DNA of 64,000 bases, from the NCBI GenBank assembly GCA_022844225.1, contig JALHMC010000015.1, forward strand, positions 11,297 to 75,296. The letters run 5' to 3'. The DNA is from Hyphomicrobiaceae bacterium. Lineage in GTDB: Bacteria; Pseudomonadota; Alphaproteobacteria; Rhizobiales; Hyphomicrobiaceae. The notes below the pieces were generated by a model. It was not told where the DNA came from, did not search any database, and saw nothing but the letters and a program-made list of their open reading frames with translations. Made by a program: the position numbers and the translations under genes. Shown here one piece after another: positions 25,041 through 34,504 of this stretch (position 1 is the first letter of the stretch; each line of letters opens with the position of its first letter).

Positions 25041-25576
25041 AGGTAGATTGCCGTCGTGCTCATGCTCGCGTGTCCCAGCCATCGCTGTACGAAGTTCAAC
25101 GGCACACCGGAGCGAACGGCGTGCAGACCGAATGCGTGTCGCAGACCCTTTGTCGTCGCATGCGGGCCGGAGCGAATACCGGCTGTGCGCATCATCTCCT
25201 TCACTAGCTGCCAGGCTCGAACGCGGCCGCAACGCCATAGCCGGTCTTCTGTGCTGGAGCACTTTTCAGCCAGGACGACCAGATCGGACAACACCGCATC
25301 AGGCACCGGGACTTCGCGTACGACAACGAACTTCGATCTCTTCTTGAGGCTGCGGAAAGCAATCACGCCCTCCGCCGGGCGCAACGAATCCGGTGTCAGC
25401 GCCAAAGCTTCAGAGACCCGGCAGCCAGTGTGCGCAAGGGTCAGGCAGAGAAGCTTCAGCGCAATCGGCGCCGCCGTGGCCGCGCTGATGAACCGACGAC
25501 GCTCGGCCGCGTCCAGATACTTCCGGGCGCCGGTCGCGGTGTGAAGACTGAGGATGCTCTGTTGTGGTGCCTGCAT
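24977..25576 (-). CDS. small tyrosine recombinase (catalytic domain only)
   Basis: Catalytic residues in LAHTGCRVSEAL (Arg), GLRHAFG (HxxR-type) and WLGHASMSTTAIY (His/Tyr). The start is uncertain because the ORF is open to 25666. Confidence 0.85.
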   Translation of the reverse strand: MQAPQQSILSLHTATGARKYLDAAERRRFISAATAAPIALKLLCLTLAHTGCRVSEALALTPDSLRPAEGVIAFRSLKKRSKFVVVREVPVPDAVLSDLVVLAEKCSSTEDRLWRCGRVRAWQLVKEMMRTAGIRSGPHATTKGLRHAFGLHAVRSGVPLNFVQRWLGHASMSTTAIYLQAVGPDEREIAARMWDGAPA

Positions 25577-25854
25577 GTGCGTGTCGGAGGCGTCACTGCA
25601 GAGTCGGAAAGTGGGTGTGTGCATTTGACAGTGTTGGGCATTCTGTTGCCTCCCGCCCCACACCAATTGCCACGTTGATCGAAAGTGCTGTTTTCCCGTT
25701 TCTGCTTTGACGCTTTAACAGGATAGCTCGAAGTTCTGCTTTAAAACCAGCAACGTAAACAGAGTGCCCAATTCTGTTTCATGCGCGCCCCTGCAAAACA
25801 AGTGACGACCTTTCCATAGTGTCGTCTGATCCCGAACAGGGGGGAGCCCGGAAG

Positions 25855-26730
25855 ATGCGAGACCGGATTGGCGCCGCGATAGTCATCGCGGCCTTGTTCA
25901 ACACGAGCGCAGTTGCTGAAGAGCAGATCCAGTGGAAGCAGGTCGCCAATATCCCGAAGGGCGCCAATCTCGCGCCCGGCGTGACTTGGGAGGTGCTGGG
26001 CATCGCGCCCGGTGACAGTTACGAGACCGTGCGGCCTCGATTAGGCGCGCTCCTCGCCGAAGACATCACGGCGAAGCCGACACTCGACAAAGCGACCGCG
26101 GCAATGATGGGCCAGGACCTCAGCGGGCCGCTAGAGGAAGTCAAAATGAGTATCATGCTTCCTGTACCCGGCGGGCAAGGCATCAAGGCCACGTATGTGG
26201 AGCGCATTGAGCTCAAGCGGCAGCTCAAGGGAACCGGTCAAAAGACCATCGATGACACGCTTACGTTGCGTTTCAGCACGCCTGCATCCGGCCATCAGGT
26301 CATCAGCATCACACGCGGGATCTTTTACTACGAGCATACCGATCAGGTGCGCATCAGCGAGATGATCAAGAGCATCACGCAAAAATTCGCGGCCACGCCC
26401 CGGATCGATAAAAGTGAGAAGTCGACGATGCTCAAGTTCATTGCCAACAATGGAAAGCCTTTCACGCCGGTCAACGTCCTCGAGGAATGCTACGGCAGCA
26501 TGGGCATGGATCTGAACGGGATCGAAGGCATCAATCCGACCGGCAACTGCGATGTGGTTCTGGAAGTCGCCTTTACGCACGGTATATCCGACGACCACGC
26601 GTCCCACATTTCCTTTCAGCTGTTCGACTATGCGCGCGGCAAGGAGAACATCACGGCGGATCGCGGCTTCATCGACGCTTATGTCAATGACGTGCGCAGC
26701 CGCACGGCGGGGCAGGCCCCTAAGCTCTAA
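25855..26730 (+). CDS. secreted hypothetical protein
   Basis: Signal peptide MRDRIGAAIVIAALFNTSAVAEE. GGGGAG SD before the ATG at 25855. Confidence 0.6.
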   Translation: MRDRIGAAIVIAALFNTSAVAEEQIQWKQVANIPKGANLAPGVTWEVLGIAPGDSYETVRPRLGALLAEDITAKPTLDKATAAMMGQDLSGPLEEVKMSIMLPVPGGQGIKATYVERIELKRQLKGTGQKTIDDTLTLRFSTPASGHQVISITRGIFYYEHTDQVRISEMIKSITQKFAATPRIDKSEKSTMLKFIANNGKPFTPVNVLEECYGSMGMDLNGIEGINPTGNCDVVLEVAFTHGISDDHASHISFQLFDYARGKENITADRGFIDAYVNDVRSRTAGQAPKL

Positions 26731-26739
26731 CTGATGACT

Positions 26740-26780
26740 GCGTGAGGCGGCCTTCCCCTGCCTCACGCAAGCAGTTTTCG
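26740..26780 (+). terminator. rho-independent terminator candidate
   Basis: gcgtgaggc-N11-gcctcacgc is a perfect 9-bp stem. It is followed by aagcagTTTTcg. Confidence 0.5.
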
Positions 26781-26870
26781 GGCGGATTGCTGACCCCGAA
26801 CTGGCCGCTTGAAATTTCCCGTGGGCTGATTAATGCTGTATACTGATAGAACGCCGACCTAGGGGGAATA

Positions 26871-27137
26871 TTGCCGACTGCCACTGCCGAAACTCAATCT
26901 CAGGACACCAACAAGAAGCCCAGCCACATCGCCTACACGACGCGCCAAAGCGGCGAGAAGACATTCTGGAACGCGTGCGGAGCCGCATGGGCCCATAAAG
27001 ACGGCAAGGGCTTCCGCATCAAGCTCGACGCCGTGCCGGTCAACGGCGTGATCGAGCTCCGGACCAACGATCCGAAGACACCGAACGACAACACCCCGAT
27101 CGACTGGTCCAATTTCTCAGACGTCTCCGGTCAATGA
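26871..27137 (+). CDS. small conserved hypothetical protein (paralog of 21002-21226)
   Basis: TTG start preceded by AGGGGGA. Its stop overlaps the ATG of the next gene (ATGA). Confidence 0.6.
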   Translation: MPTATAETQSQDTNKKPSHIAYTTRQSGEKTFWNACGAAWAHKDGKGFRIKLDAVPVNGVIELRTNDPKTPNDNTPIDWSNFSDVSGQ

Positions 27138-28792
27138 TACCGTCGCGAATACCAGCTGAGATGCTGCGTAAGGCCTTGCTGGCGATGGTTGGCTTGATGC
27201 TCATGTCAGCATCGGCACTTGCCGCGACTCCGGCATTCAGCGTCCACAAGAACGGAACGGCGCAAACCGTCGTTGTTGACACGCCAACCAAACTGACGTG
27301 GTCGACGGAAGTCATCGACACCAACACAAACTTCGCGACTGACCAGTTCACCCCCACGGTCGCGGGCAACTATCTCATCGTCGCTTCCGTGCAATGCGCG
27401 CAACCCGGAGCCTGTGTCCCGGCCATCTACAAAAATGGCGCGCTCTACGCTGCCAGCCGTCAGACGAACCAAACCTTCGCAGATCAATCGCCTCAGGTAA
27501 GCGCAATCATTAGCATGAACGGCTCGACCGATTACGTCGAAGCCTTCGCGACCTCGTCGGGCTCATCCATTGGCGGAGTAGCAACGCAAACTTATTTCAG
27601 CGGCTCTCAGATAGATGGGGGAGGAGCAGGTGGAGGCGGCGGTGGCACGCGTGCCCATGCGCGATTTAACGGCACCACGGCAGCAGTAATTCACAGCTCA
27701 AACGTCTCCGGCATCACGCGCAACAGCGCGGGGCGCTATACGCTGACATTTACGACAGCCTTGCCCAATACGAATTACGTAGTTCTGGCGACCGCAGAGA
27801 ATCCCTCGAGTGATGCTCGCATCCTCAACGAGACGACGAACCGCACGATGACTAGTTTTGTTGTTCAGTTCCAGAACACCAGCGGCACCGCCGTCGATCC
27901 GGACTTTGTGGATATTGCTATACTCGGAGAGGCGACCGCGGGAAGCGGTTCATCTCAGTGGTCCGATGGTTCCGCTGGCGCGATCTACTACAACGCGGGC
28001 AACGTCGGAATCGGGACGACGACGCCGGGCGCCAAACTTTCAATCAAAGAGGCAGGTACGGGGCATATTAATATGGGCCAGCTGAGCGGTAACACGCTCT
28101 ACGGCGCACTTGGCTTCTCGCAGACTTCCGGGGCAGTGACAGCGGCAAACTATTCTATGGTCGGTGAGGGCTCTAATACCCTTATAAACCGTTCAACTGG
28201 TGGCATAATCGAATTCCGCGAGAGCAACGTCGGGCAGATGACCATCGCAGCCGGAGGCAACGTCGGCATCGGGACGGCCTCTCCGGATACCAAGCTCGAA
28301 GTCGCAGGAACTATCTCGGCAACCATCATCGTCGCCGCACCGCCGATGATGATATTGGCGGATGAAAAGGCATCCGGAACGGCGGGAGGGACATGCACGG
28401 CCGGCTCATGGATGACCCGAACGCTCAATACGGCACGGGAGAACTCCATCACCGGAGGGTCGCTAGCAAGCAATGAGGTGACGTTGCCTGCCGGCAAATA
28501 TCTTGTCCGTGCCCGTTCGCCCGGTTTGGGCAATAACCGCTTCCAAGCCCGACTTTTCAATGTGACCGATGGGACGGCGATAGCCTATGGCACGAGCGAG
28601 TACGGTTCGAGTACGGCTCCGCTGACGCAACAGGAATCGTGGGTAATAACAACTTTCACGATCGCGGCACAAAAAGTCATTCGGATCGAGCACAGGTGTC
28701 AGGTAACACAAGGAACAAACGGGTTCGGTATTGAAGCCAACTTGGGTGGTACGGAGGTTTATGCCACCCTCGAAATCACCAAGTTCCAGTAG
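27134..28792 (+). CDS. secreted modular fibre/adhesin-like protein (C1q-like N-terminal domain, Gly linker, tail-fibre-like repeats, C-terminal jelly-roll-like domain)
   Basis: Signal peptide LLAMVGLMLMSASALAA. C1q-like pattern: FSVHKNG...FTPTVAGNYLIVASV...IYKNGALY...YFSGSQI. The GNVGIGTTTPGAKL / GNVGIGTASPDTKL motif occurs twice. Confidence 0.7.
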   Translation: MIPSRIPAEMLRKALLAMVGLMLMSASALAATPAFSVHKNGTAQTVVVDTPTKLTWSTEVIDTNTNFATDQFTPTVAGNYLIVASVQCAQPGACVPAIYKNGALYAASRQTNQTFADQSPQVSAIISMNGSTDYVEAFATSSGSSIGGVATQTYFSGSQIDGGGAGGGGGGTRAHARFNGTTAAVIHSSNVSGITRNSAGRYTLTFTTALPNTNYVVLATAENPSSDARILNETTNRTMTSFVVQFQNTSGTAVDPDFVDIAILGEATAGSGSSQWSDGSAGAIYYNAGNVGIGTTTPGAKLSIKEAGTGHINMGQLSGNTLYGALGFSQTSGAVTAANYSMVGEGSNTLINRSTGGIIEFRESNVGQMTIAAGGNVGIGTASPDTKLEVAGTISATIIVAAPPMMILADEKASGTAGGTCTAGSWMTRTLNTARENSITGGSLASNEVTLPAGKYLVRARSPGLGNNRFQARLFNVTDGTAIAYGTSEYGSSTAPLTQQESWVITTFTIAAQKVIRIEHRCQVTQGTNGFGIEANLGGTEVYATLEITKFQ

Positions 28793-28798
28793 TCGAGC

Positions 28799-29221
28799 GT
28801 GAGTTTGAACCAACACTTCATGCTCTGCGACTACTTTAACAGCGAAGGCAAACGGGTCGAGCGCATCTATATCGCGACCGATGAAAGCGACGACGCGGCA
28901 GACAAGCTTCGCTTGACGATGAGACGACAGAACCTCGCGCTTCTGCATGATGTAATCTTTGCCGAAGCCGCTATCTCAGGCGCAACTACCAGCCTCGACG
29001 ACGCTGCCCTGGCTCTCAACACGCTGCTTCACGAGGTCGCCGACGCACGCATGCCTCTCGCCGAAGCAAGAGAAATCGCCGCCATAGGCATCAACTGCCA
29101 AAAGCCGGTTGCCATCGAAGACATCATTCCTGCGCTTGAGAAGGAATACGGCGGCTTTGCCGTAAGCTGGGCGCGGGGAATATTCAGTCACTTAACACTA
29201 GGAAATCCGTACATTCACTGA
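28799..29221 (+). CDS. hypothetical protein (GTG start)
   Basis: 140-aa ORF starting 7 nt after the preceding stop. No motif recognised. Confidence 0.45.
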   Translation: MSLNQHFMLCDYFNSEGKRVERIYIATDESDDAADKLRLTMRRQNLALLHDVIFAEAAISGATTSLDDAALALNTLLHEVADARMPLAEAREIAAIGINCQKPVAIEDIIPALEKEYGGFAVSWARGIFSHLTLGNPYIH

Positions 29222-29226
29222 GCGCA

Positions 29227-30132
29227 TCAGCCTGGTGGCTGTAGAGCCCTGAGGTAGGCTGCTGCCTCGGATGCCTTTGCAGCGGCGGTGAAGATCGCCC
29301 GGCTATCCGACTTGAGAAGCTTGAGCCACTGCGCCAGGTACTGCGCATGATCGGCCCGGACGTCCTGCGTGATGCCCAGTTCCGCGCAAAGGATCGCTGA
29401 ACCGATCTCGGCCACAAGCTCTTCAGCCGCGTAGGCGTTGTCACCGAAACGCTTGCCGAAATCGCGGTTGAGGCGGTGCTTGGCACCCGACCAGTGCGTC
29501 AGCTCATGAATGAGAACGGCGTAGTACCCCTCGGTCCGCGTCATCGTTTCGGTGCCGCAGAACAGCTCCTCGCTCGGCATGTGGATGCTATCGGTTGAGG
29601 GGCGAAAGAAAGCGCGTTCGCCACCATGTGCGATGACAGCGCCCGTTCCGCTGACGAAACCGTCAACACGAGCGATGCGTTCGACGGGACCAAGAGAGGG
29701 TGCTGCATCCGGTGCGGTATATCCTTCGACCTGGTCGGCGTTGAAGACCCACGATGCGCGCGCAACGCGGCGCTTCCCGTCATCGTCGGCGGACTCAGGA
29801 TCGGGAGCAATCTCGTACTGCTTGTAGAAGACGACGAGCGATGAGCGTTCGCCCTTGCGGACCTGGCAATCCATCTCAAGCCATTGCTTGTAAGTGGCCC
29901 AGACCGGTTGGCTGTACCCAAGGCATTCGGCAGAGACCCACAGATTGACGACGTTGATGCCGTTGTAGGCTTTGCCCGTCAGCGCGTTGACCGGCATGAA
30001 CATCGGACCCTGCGATCGGCGCCACGGAAGTGTGGGCTTTCCCGGATCGGATTCGATTGCGGCGACGAGCTTGTCGGTGACTTCGGCATGGATGTCGCGG
30101 CGCGGTGTTTCGGTTGATGCATGAGTTCGCAT
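29227..30132 (-). CDS. ardC: ArdC-like antirestriction protein (ssDNA-binding N-domain + zincin metallopeptidase)
   Basis: The N-domain has LPWRR...PVNALTGKAYNGINVVNLW ... WATYKQW. The HExxH motif is LIHELTHWSG. Start MRTHAST at 30132. Confidence 0.9.
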   Translation of the reverse strand: MRTHASTETPRRDIHAEVTDKLVAAIESDPGKPTLPWRRSQGPMFMPVNALTGKAYNGINVVNLWVSAECLGYSQPVWATYKQWLEMDCQVRKGERSSLVVFYKQYEIAPDPESADDDGKRRVARASWVFNADQVEGYTAPDAAPSLGPVERIARVDGFVSGTGAVIAHGGERAFFRPSTDSIHMPSEELFCGTETMTRTEGYYAVLIHELTHWSGAKHRLNRDFGKRFGDNAYAAEELVAEIGSAILCAELGITQDVRADHAQYLAQWLKLLKSDSRAIFTAAAKASEAAAYLRALQPPG

Positions 30133-30216
30133 GAGATCGGCCCTTCGCTTTTCCCGGACCGCCCTGAGTGGCGGTCTCGATGCCGGGCGAAGGCGACGGC
30201 GGATGAGCGGATGCGG

Positions 30217-30277
30217 AACCGAGCCGGGAGGCGAGGCGGCCCGGCCTGCCGGAAAGCCGAGGGCGTGAGCCCTTGAA
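30217..30277 (-). promoter_or_regulatory. diverged third copy of the leader motif, upstream of ardC
   Basis: gaaccgagccgggag-[GC-rich segment]-cggaaagccgagggcgtgagcccttgaag. It lies 85 nt upstream of the ATG at 30132. Similarity to copies A and B is partial. Confidence 0.3.
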
Positions 30278-30803
30278 GCATGCGCGCGCCGGCGCAGCAT
30301 CGGCATCATGAAAAGACCGTCACTGGCGGGAGTGCGGAAAGTGAACGCAGCTCGATCGATGGAAGAGATGAAGCTGTGTGCCGCTAGGGCCAGCCGAGAC
30401 GCGGATCGAAAGTGGTAGAGGGAAATGCGGACGCGTTGCGCGTGACGGAGCTGAACACAGTGGCTCGGACATCCAGAACCGGCGGCAGCTGCCGTTTGGC
30501 GGCCCCGTCAAAATCTTGCATCACGTCTACGGAATTCTTGCCGCCGCCAGCCCTTACGCATCTTCAGTACGGCATGCAGGCTGGCAGCCTGCGTAAGCCG
30601 TTGCCGCTCTCCGAGCTCTTGTACAAAGTCCTCCAGGATCGCCCGCCACTCTAACTCGCCCATACGTCCAGGGTATGAATCATATAGCGGACGATGGGAT
30701 ATCACTCTCGCAGCAAGGTCAGTACTCATGTGCTTGCAGGATTGGCCACCGCAATGCAGCGACTCCGGGCTTTAGAAAGCATCGGGGAAAACGGGGAATA
30801 CTC

Positions 30804-32201
30804 ATGTCGCAGACTGAACAGTTCGATGTTGTCATCCTCGGGAGCGGCCAAGGCGGAAAGCTACTCGCTTGGCACCTCGGTCACTCCGGCAAAAAAGTTG
30901 CTGTTGTAGAACGCCGGTGGATCGGTGGTTCATGCCCAGAAGTCGCTTGCTTGCCCTCCAAGAACGAACTCTGGAGTGCCCACGTCGCTCATTTGGTGCA
31001 GAACGCAGCCCAATTCGGAACGCTTGTCGACGCAGTCAAGATCGACATACGGAAAGTGCGAAGTCGCAAACAGGGCATGATCGATCGAGTGGTCGCTTTT
31101 CACCATGGTGCATATAAGGAGAGCGGCGCTGAACTCATCATGGGCAGCGGTCGTTTCGTTGGCCCGAAGACGATTGAAGTAGCCTTGAACAACGGTGGTG
31201 GCACTCGGTTGCTCGCCGGCACCGAGGTCGTCGTTAACGTCGGAACGCGAGCAACGACCCCCGATGTACCCGGTTTGGAAGCCGCTCGCGCTCTGACGCA
31301 CATTGAGGCGCTGGAGCTCGACTATGTTCCCTCCCATCTGATCGTCCTGGGCGGCGGTTATGTGGGAATTGAAATGGCGCAGGCTTACCGCCGTTTTGGT
31401 AGCCGCGTAACGATCATCGAACCTGGCCGCCAACTCATGGGGCGCGAGGATGCGGATGTCGCTGAGGAGATTCGCAATGTCCTCGAACTCGAAGGCATTG
31501 ACGTCATTCTTGCCGCTCAACCTGTGAAGGTCGTCGGGCTTTCCGGTGACGCAGTCACATTGATCGTCCGCACGGCCACGGGGGAACAGCAAATCGAAGG
31601 GAGCGATGTGCTCGTCGCGGTTGGTCGAACCCCAAACACGGATGGGATTGGCTTGGAAAAGGCGGGGATCGAGCTGGATACGCGCGGTTTCGTCCGCGTC
31701 AACGAACGTCTTGAAACAACAGCCTCAGGTGCTTGGGCGATAGGGGAATGCGCCGGCAGCCCGCAGTTCACTCATGTCTCGGTAGATGATTTCAGGATCG
31801 TCAAGACCAACATGGCTGGAGGCAGCCGCAGAACAGACAACCGTCTCGTTCCCTACGTTATGTTCACCGATCCACCGCTCGCCCGCGTCGGTCTTTCGGA
31901 GGGCGAGGCACAGCGCAAGGGAATATCGGTGCGCGTCGCCAAGCTGCCGATGAGTAACGTGCTACGAACGGAAGCCACCGATGAAAGCACGGGCTTCATG
32001 AAGGTGGTGGTAAGCGCGGATGATGATCGCATCCTTGGATTTACGATGATTGGTTCTGAAGCCGGCGAGGTGATGGCTGCGATCCAGACGGCGATCCTTG
32101 CTGAATTGCCCTACACGAAGCTCCGTGATGCAGTCTTCTCGCACCTCACCGTCGCCGAAGGCTTCGGACCCCTGTTCGAAAATGTCCCGCCGCGGGTATA
32201 A
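30804..32201 (+). CDS. class I pyridine nucleotide-disulfide oxidoreductase (mercuric reductase / dihydrolipoamide dehydrogenase-like)
   Basis: FAD-binding motif FDVVILGSGQGG. Redox-active pair GGSCPEVACLPSK. NAD-binding motif LIVLGGGYVGIEMAQ. A C-terminal dimerisation region is present. Confidence 0.85.
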   Translation: MSQTEQFDVVILGSGQGGKLLAWHLGHSGKKVAVVERRWIGGSCPEVACLPSKNELWSAHVAHLVQNAAQFGTLVDAVKIDIRKVRSRKQGMIDRVVAFHHGAYKESGAELIMGSGRFVGPKTIEVALNNGGGTRLLAGTEVVVNVGTRATTPDVPGLEAARALTHIEALELDYVPSHLIVLGGGYVGIEMAQAYRRFGSRVTIIEPGRQLMGREDADVAEEIRNVLELEGIDVILAAQPVKVVGLSGDAVTLIVRTATGEQQIEGSDVLVAVGRTPNTDGIGLEKAGIELDTRGFVRVNERLETTASGAWAIGECAGSPQFTHVSVDDFRIVKTNMAGGSRRTDNRLVPYVMFTDPPLARVGLSEGEAQRKGISVRVAKLPMSNVLRTEATDESTGFMKVVVSADDDRILGFTMIGSEAGEVMAAIQTAILAELPYTKLRDAVFSHLTVAEGFGPLFENVPPRV

Positions 32202-32331
32202 ATGCGTGCCGGCCGATCTGCCCTGAACTTTACGATATGCGCCAACTGCAGAATAATCGGATTTGCAAGGTACTTACCGCTACGCTGCAGTTTAGAGCTG
32301 ATTGCAAGCAGCCCAGCTAGAGAGTTTTTCC

Positions 32332-32802
32332 ATGCTTCGCGTCGTTACTCTCACAGCCACTCACGTCACCACGCTGGCAATCGGCTTCCTCATCGGCATT
32401 TATGCTCTTCCGATCCTGACGGCTCCAAAAGGGCCGGAGACCGAAGCGCTGCGAACAACGGCTAAAGCAGCACAATATACCGGCCGGTTCGAGCGCAACT
32501 TGAAAGGCAGCGATTTCATACATTGGGGAGAAGGCGATGTTCACGTACTACCCGACAGGATTGCACACGAAGGCCATTTGGCACCGGGACCGGACTACAA
32601 GCTGTACCTTACGCCTGAATTCGTCGACACCAAGAAGGGGTTTTTGGCGATCAAAGACAAGTCCCAGCGTATCGGCGACGTGAAGACATTCAATGGATTT
32701 ATCATTGATGTGCCGCCAGGTATCGACGTTGCAGCGTACACGACGGTGGTTGTGTGGTGCGAGGCCTTCAGCCAGTTCATAAGCGCGGCCAAGTACAAGT
32801 AG
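32332..32802 (+). CDS. DM13 domain protein with N-terminal TM anchor
   Basis: TM segment HVTTLAIGFLIGIYALPILTA. DM13-like body: GDVHVLPDRIAHEGHLAPGPDYKLYL...YTTVVVWCEAFSQF. Confidence 0.7.
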   Translation: MLRVVTLTATHVTTLAIGFLIGIYALPILTAPKGPETEALRTTAKAAQYTGRFERNLKGSDFIHWGEGDVHVLPDRIAHEGHLAPGPDYKLYLTPEFVDTKKGFLAIKDKSQRIGDVKTFNGFIIDVPPGIDVAAYTTVVVWCEAFSQFISAAKYK

Positions 32803-33000
32803 ATCGCCCAATGACCTCGGCAATCTAGGCGTGCTGTCAAAGCGGCTCCGGCAAACGGCCTCGACAAAGATGGCTGATCAGCATTTGCCGTCTTGCGCGG
32901 CTACGGCAGGATCTCGCTTTCCCCTAGTAAAAGCGAAGCCGGAGCTCACGCCGAGACGTCGCACCAAAGGCTGACGATATGATCAGGCAGGCTTGATATC

Positions 33001-33963
33001 TTGGGATCGTTTCCGCACGAACCTCTTCAATGTATACTCGCCTTCTGGTTTGGCTATGCCGCGAACCAAGGCGGAACCTGTTTAGTGGTGGCCGCTCACG
33101 AGTTACACAGACGACGGCCGCCGAGAATGTTCATCGGATTTCTCGCAGCGTCGGCAGCGGCAGGCCTGGTTGCGGTCCCGATGGTCTGGACTGGAACGTT
33201 GGGCGCAACACTCGCACCCTCGACCAGCATCAATTTCCTCTTGCTCATCGGCGCTGTCGCCTTCGGCCTTGGCGCACTCACCAATGATACGTGCCTGCTC
33301 GGATCGCTGGCGCGGCTTGGGGATGGGGAGATGCGACTTCTAGCTCTGCCCTTGGGATTGGCGATTGGTATCTTGGCTGCCGACTATTGCAGGTTCGGCA
33401 ACGATGCAACATGGCCGAGCTTGATCTCCAGACCAAGCGTAACAGGCGTCGTTACTCTCCTAGTCTTCCTTGTCGTGCTTGTGCTAGCGCTCGTCTTTGT
33501 TTCCATAAAAGGCGTCTTGCGAACAACACCGGATTGGTCGTTCGGCGCTTCGATGATTGGGCTCGGCATCACCGGTGGACTTCTGTATGCACTGTCGCCG
33601 GGCTGGACCTTCGCTGAGCTGATCCAACGCGGGCTTCCTCTCCGAATGTCGCCGGTCGGCGAGGTCGCGCTCACAGCGGTGATGTCTTCGATCGCAGGCG
33701 CCCTTGCCGCCTCCGTTCGCCAAGGGAATCTGCGGCTCCAACTGCCGACAGCCAATGGCATTCTGCGATCTGTCGTCGGCGGCACATTGATGGGTGTCGG
33801 CATTGCGCTCATACCCGGCGGGAATGATGAGTTGATACTCGCGGGGGTTCCCACTCTTTCACCTGGCGGGATGGCCGCCTACCTTCTGATGACGATGACA
33901 ATCGTCTTCGGATTTGCAGCGCGTGAAAAGTTATTCCGGCGCCGCCTTTCAAGACCAAGATAA
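33001..33963 (+). CDS. polytopic membrane protein, YeeE/YedE (sulfur-transport)-like
   Basis: About 8-9 hydrophobic helices and a conserved-looking NQGGTCL motif near the N-terminus. Family assignment is tentative. Confidence 0.45.
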   Translation: MGSFPHEPLQCILAFWFGYAANQGGTCLVVAAHELHRRRPPRMFIGFLAASAAAGLVAVPMVWTGTLGATLAPSTSINFLLLIGAVAFGLGALTNDTCLLGSLARLGDGEMRLLALPLGLAIGILAADYCRFGNDATWPSLISRPSVTGVVTLLVFLVVLVLALVFVSIKGVLRTTPDWSFGASMIGLGITGGLLYALSPGWTFAELIQRGLPLRMSPVGEVALTAVMSSIAGALAASVRQGNLRLQLPTANGILRSVVGGTLMGVGIALIPGGNDELILAGVPTLSPGGMAAYLLMTMTIVFGFAAREKLFRRRLSRPR

Positions 33964-33985
33964 CGGCAGCAGAGTGCCGCAGGCG

Positions 33986-34384
33986 TCAGGTTCTCGCCGG
34001 GATGCGCGCGATCACCTTTATTTCGAAGTCGAATCCGGCGAGCCAGTTGACGCCGATCGCTGTCCAGTTCGGGTAAGGCGGCTGCGAGAAGACTTCGCTC
34101 TTCACAGTCATGATCGTCGCGAACTGATTTTCGGGATCGGTATGAAACGTTGTCACATCGACGATATCGTCGAAGGTGCATCCCCCTGCCGCGAGCGTTG
34201 CTTCCAGATTGGAGAAGGCCAGTCGAACCTGTTCGGTGAAATCCGGTTCTGGGGAGCCGTCGGTACGGCTTCCCACCTGACCGGAGACGAACATGAGGTC
34301 GCCTGAGCGGATCGCGGCCGAATAGCCGTGAGCCTCGTAGAGGGCGTGGCGGTTTGCGGGGAAGACGGCATCGCGCTTCGTCAT
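33986..34384 (-). CDS. RidA/YjgF family protein
   Basis: GDLMFVSGQVG ... NLEATLAAGGCTFDDIVDVTTF ... FEIKVIA. Confidence 0.85.
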   Translation of the reverse strand: MTKRDAVFPANRHALYEAHGYSAAIRSGDLMFVSGQVGSRTDGSPEPDFTEQVRLAFSNLEATLAAGGCTFDDIVDVTTFHTDPENQFATIMTVKSEVFSQPPYPNWTAIGVNWLAGFDFEIKVIARIPART

Positions 34385-34504
34385 AACGTTAATCTCCATT
34401 GAAATTTTGCTCGCTTCGACGCCCATCAGGGCGTCTGGCGGCCGATCTGAACTTCCTTAGTGGGTAACAATACTGCCGCACCCGCCGTCACGAGAGGACG
34501 ACAG

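Noticed and set aside
27600-27650. G-rich tract (gggggaggagcaggtggaggcggcggtggc) as a regulatory or G-quadruplex element.
   Set aside because: It lies in frame inside the fibre-like gene and simply encodes a poly-Gly interdomain linker.
30508-30729. 73-aa minus-strand ORF between ardC and the reductase gene.
   Set aside because: It has no SD and no motif, and it overlaps the reductase upstream region. It may be a remnant, and support is insufficient to call a gene.
30675-30803. N-terminal 43-codon extension of the disulfide reductase ORF.
   Set aside because: The Rossmann FAD motif normally begins within the first ~10 residues. MSQTEQFDVVILGSG at 30804 fits that, and the extension has no coding character.
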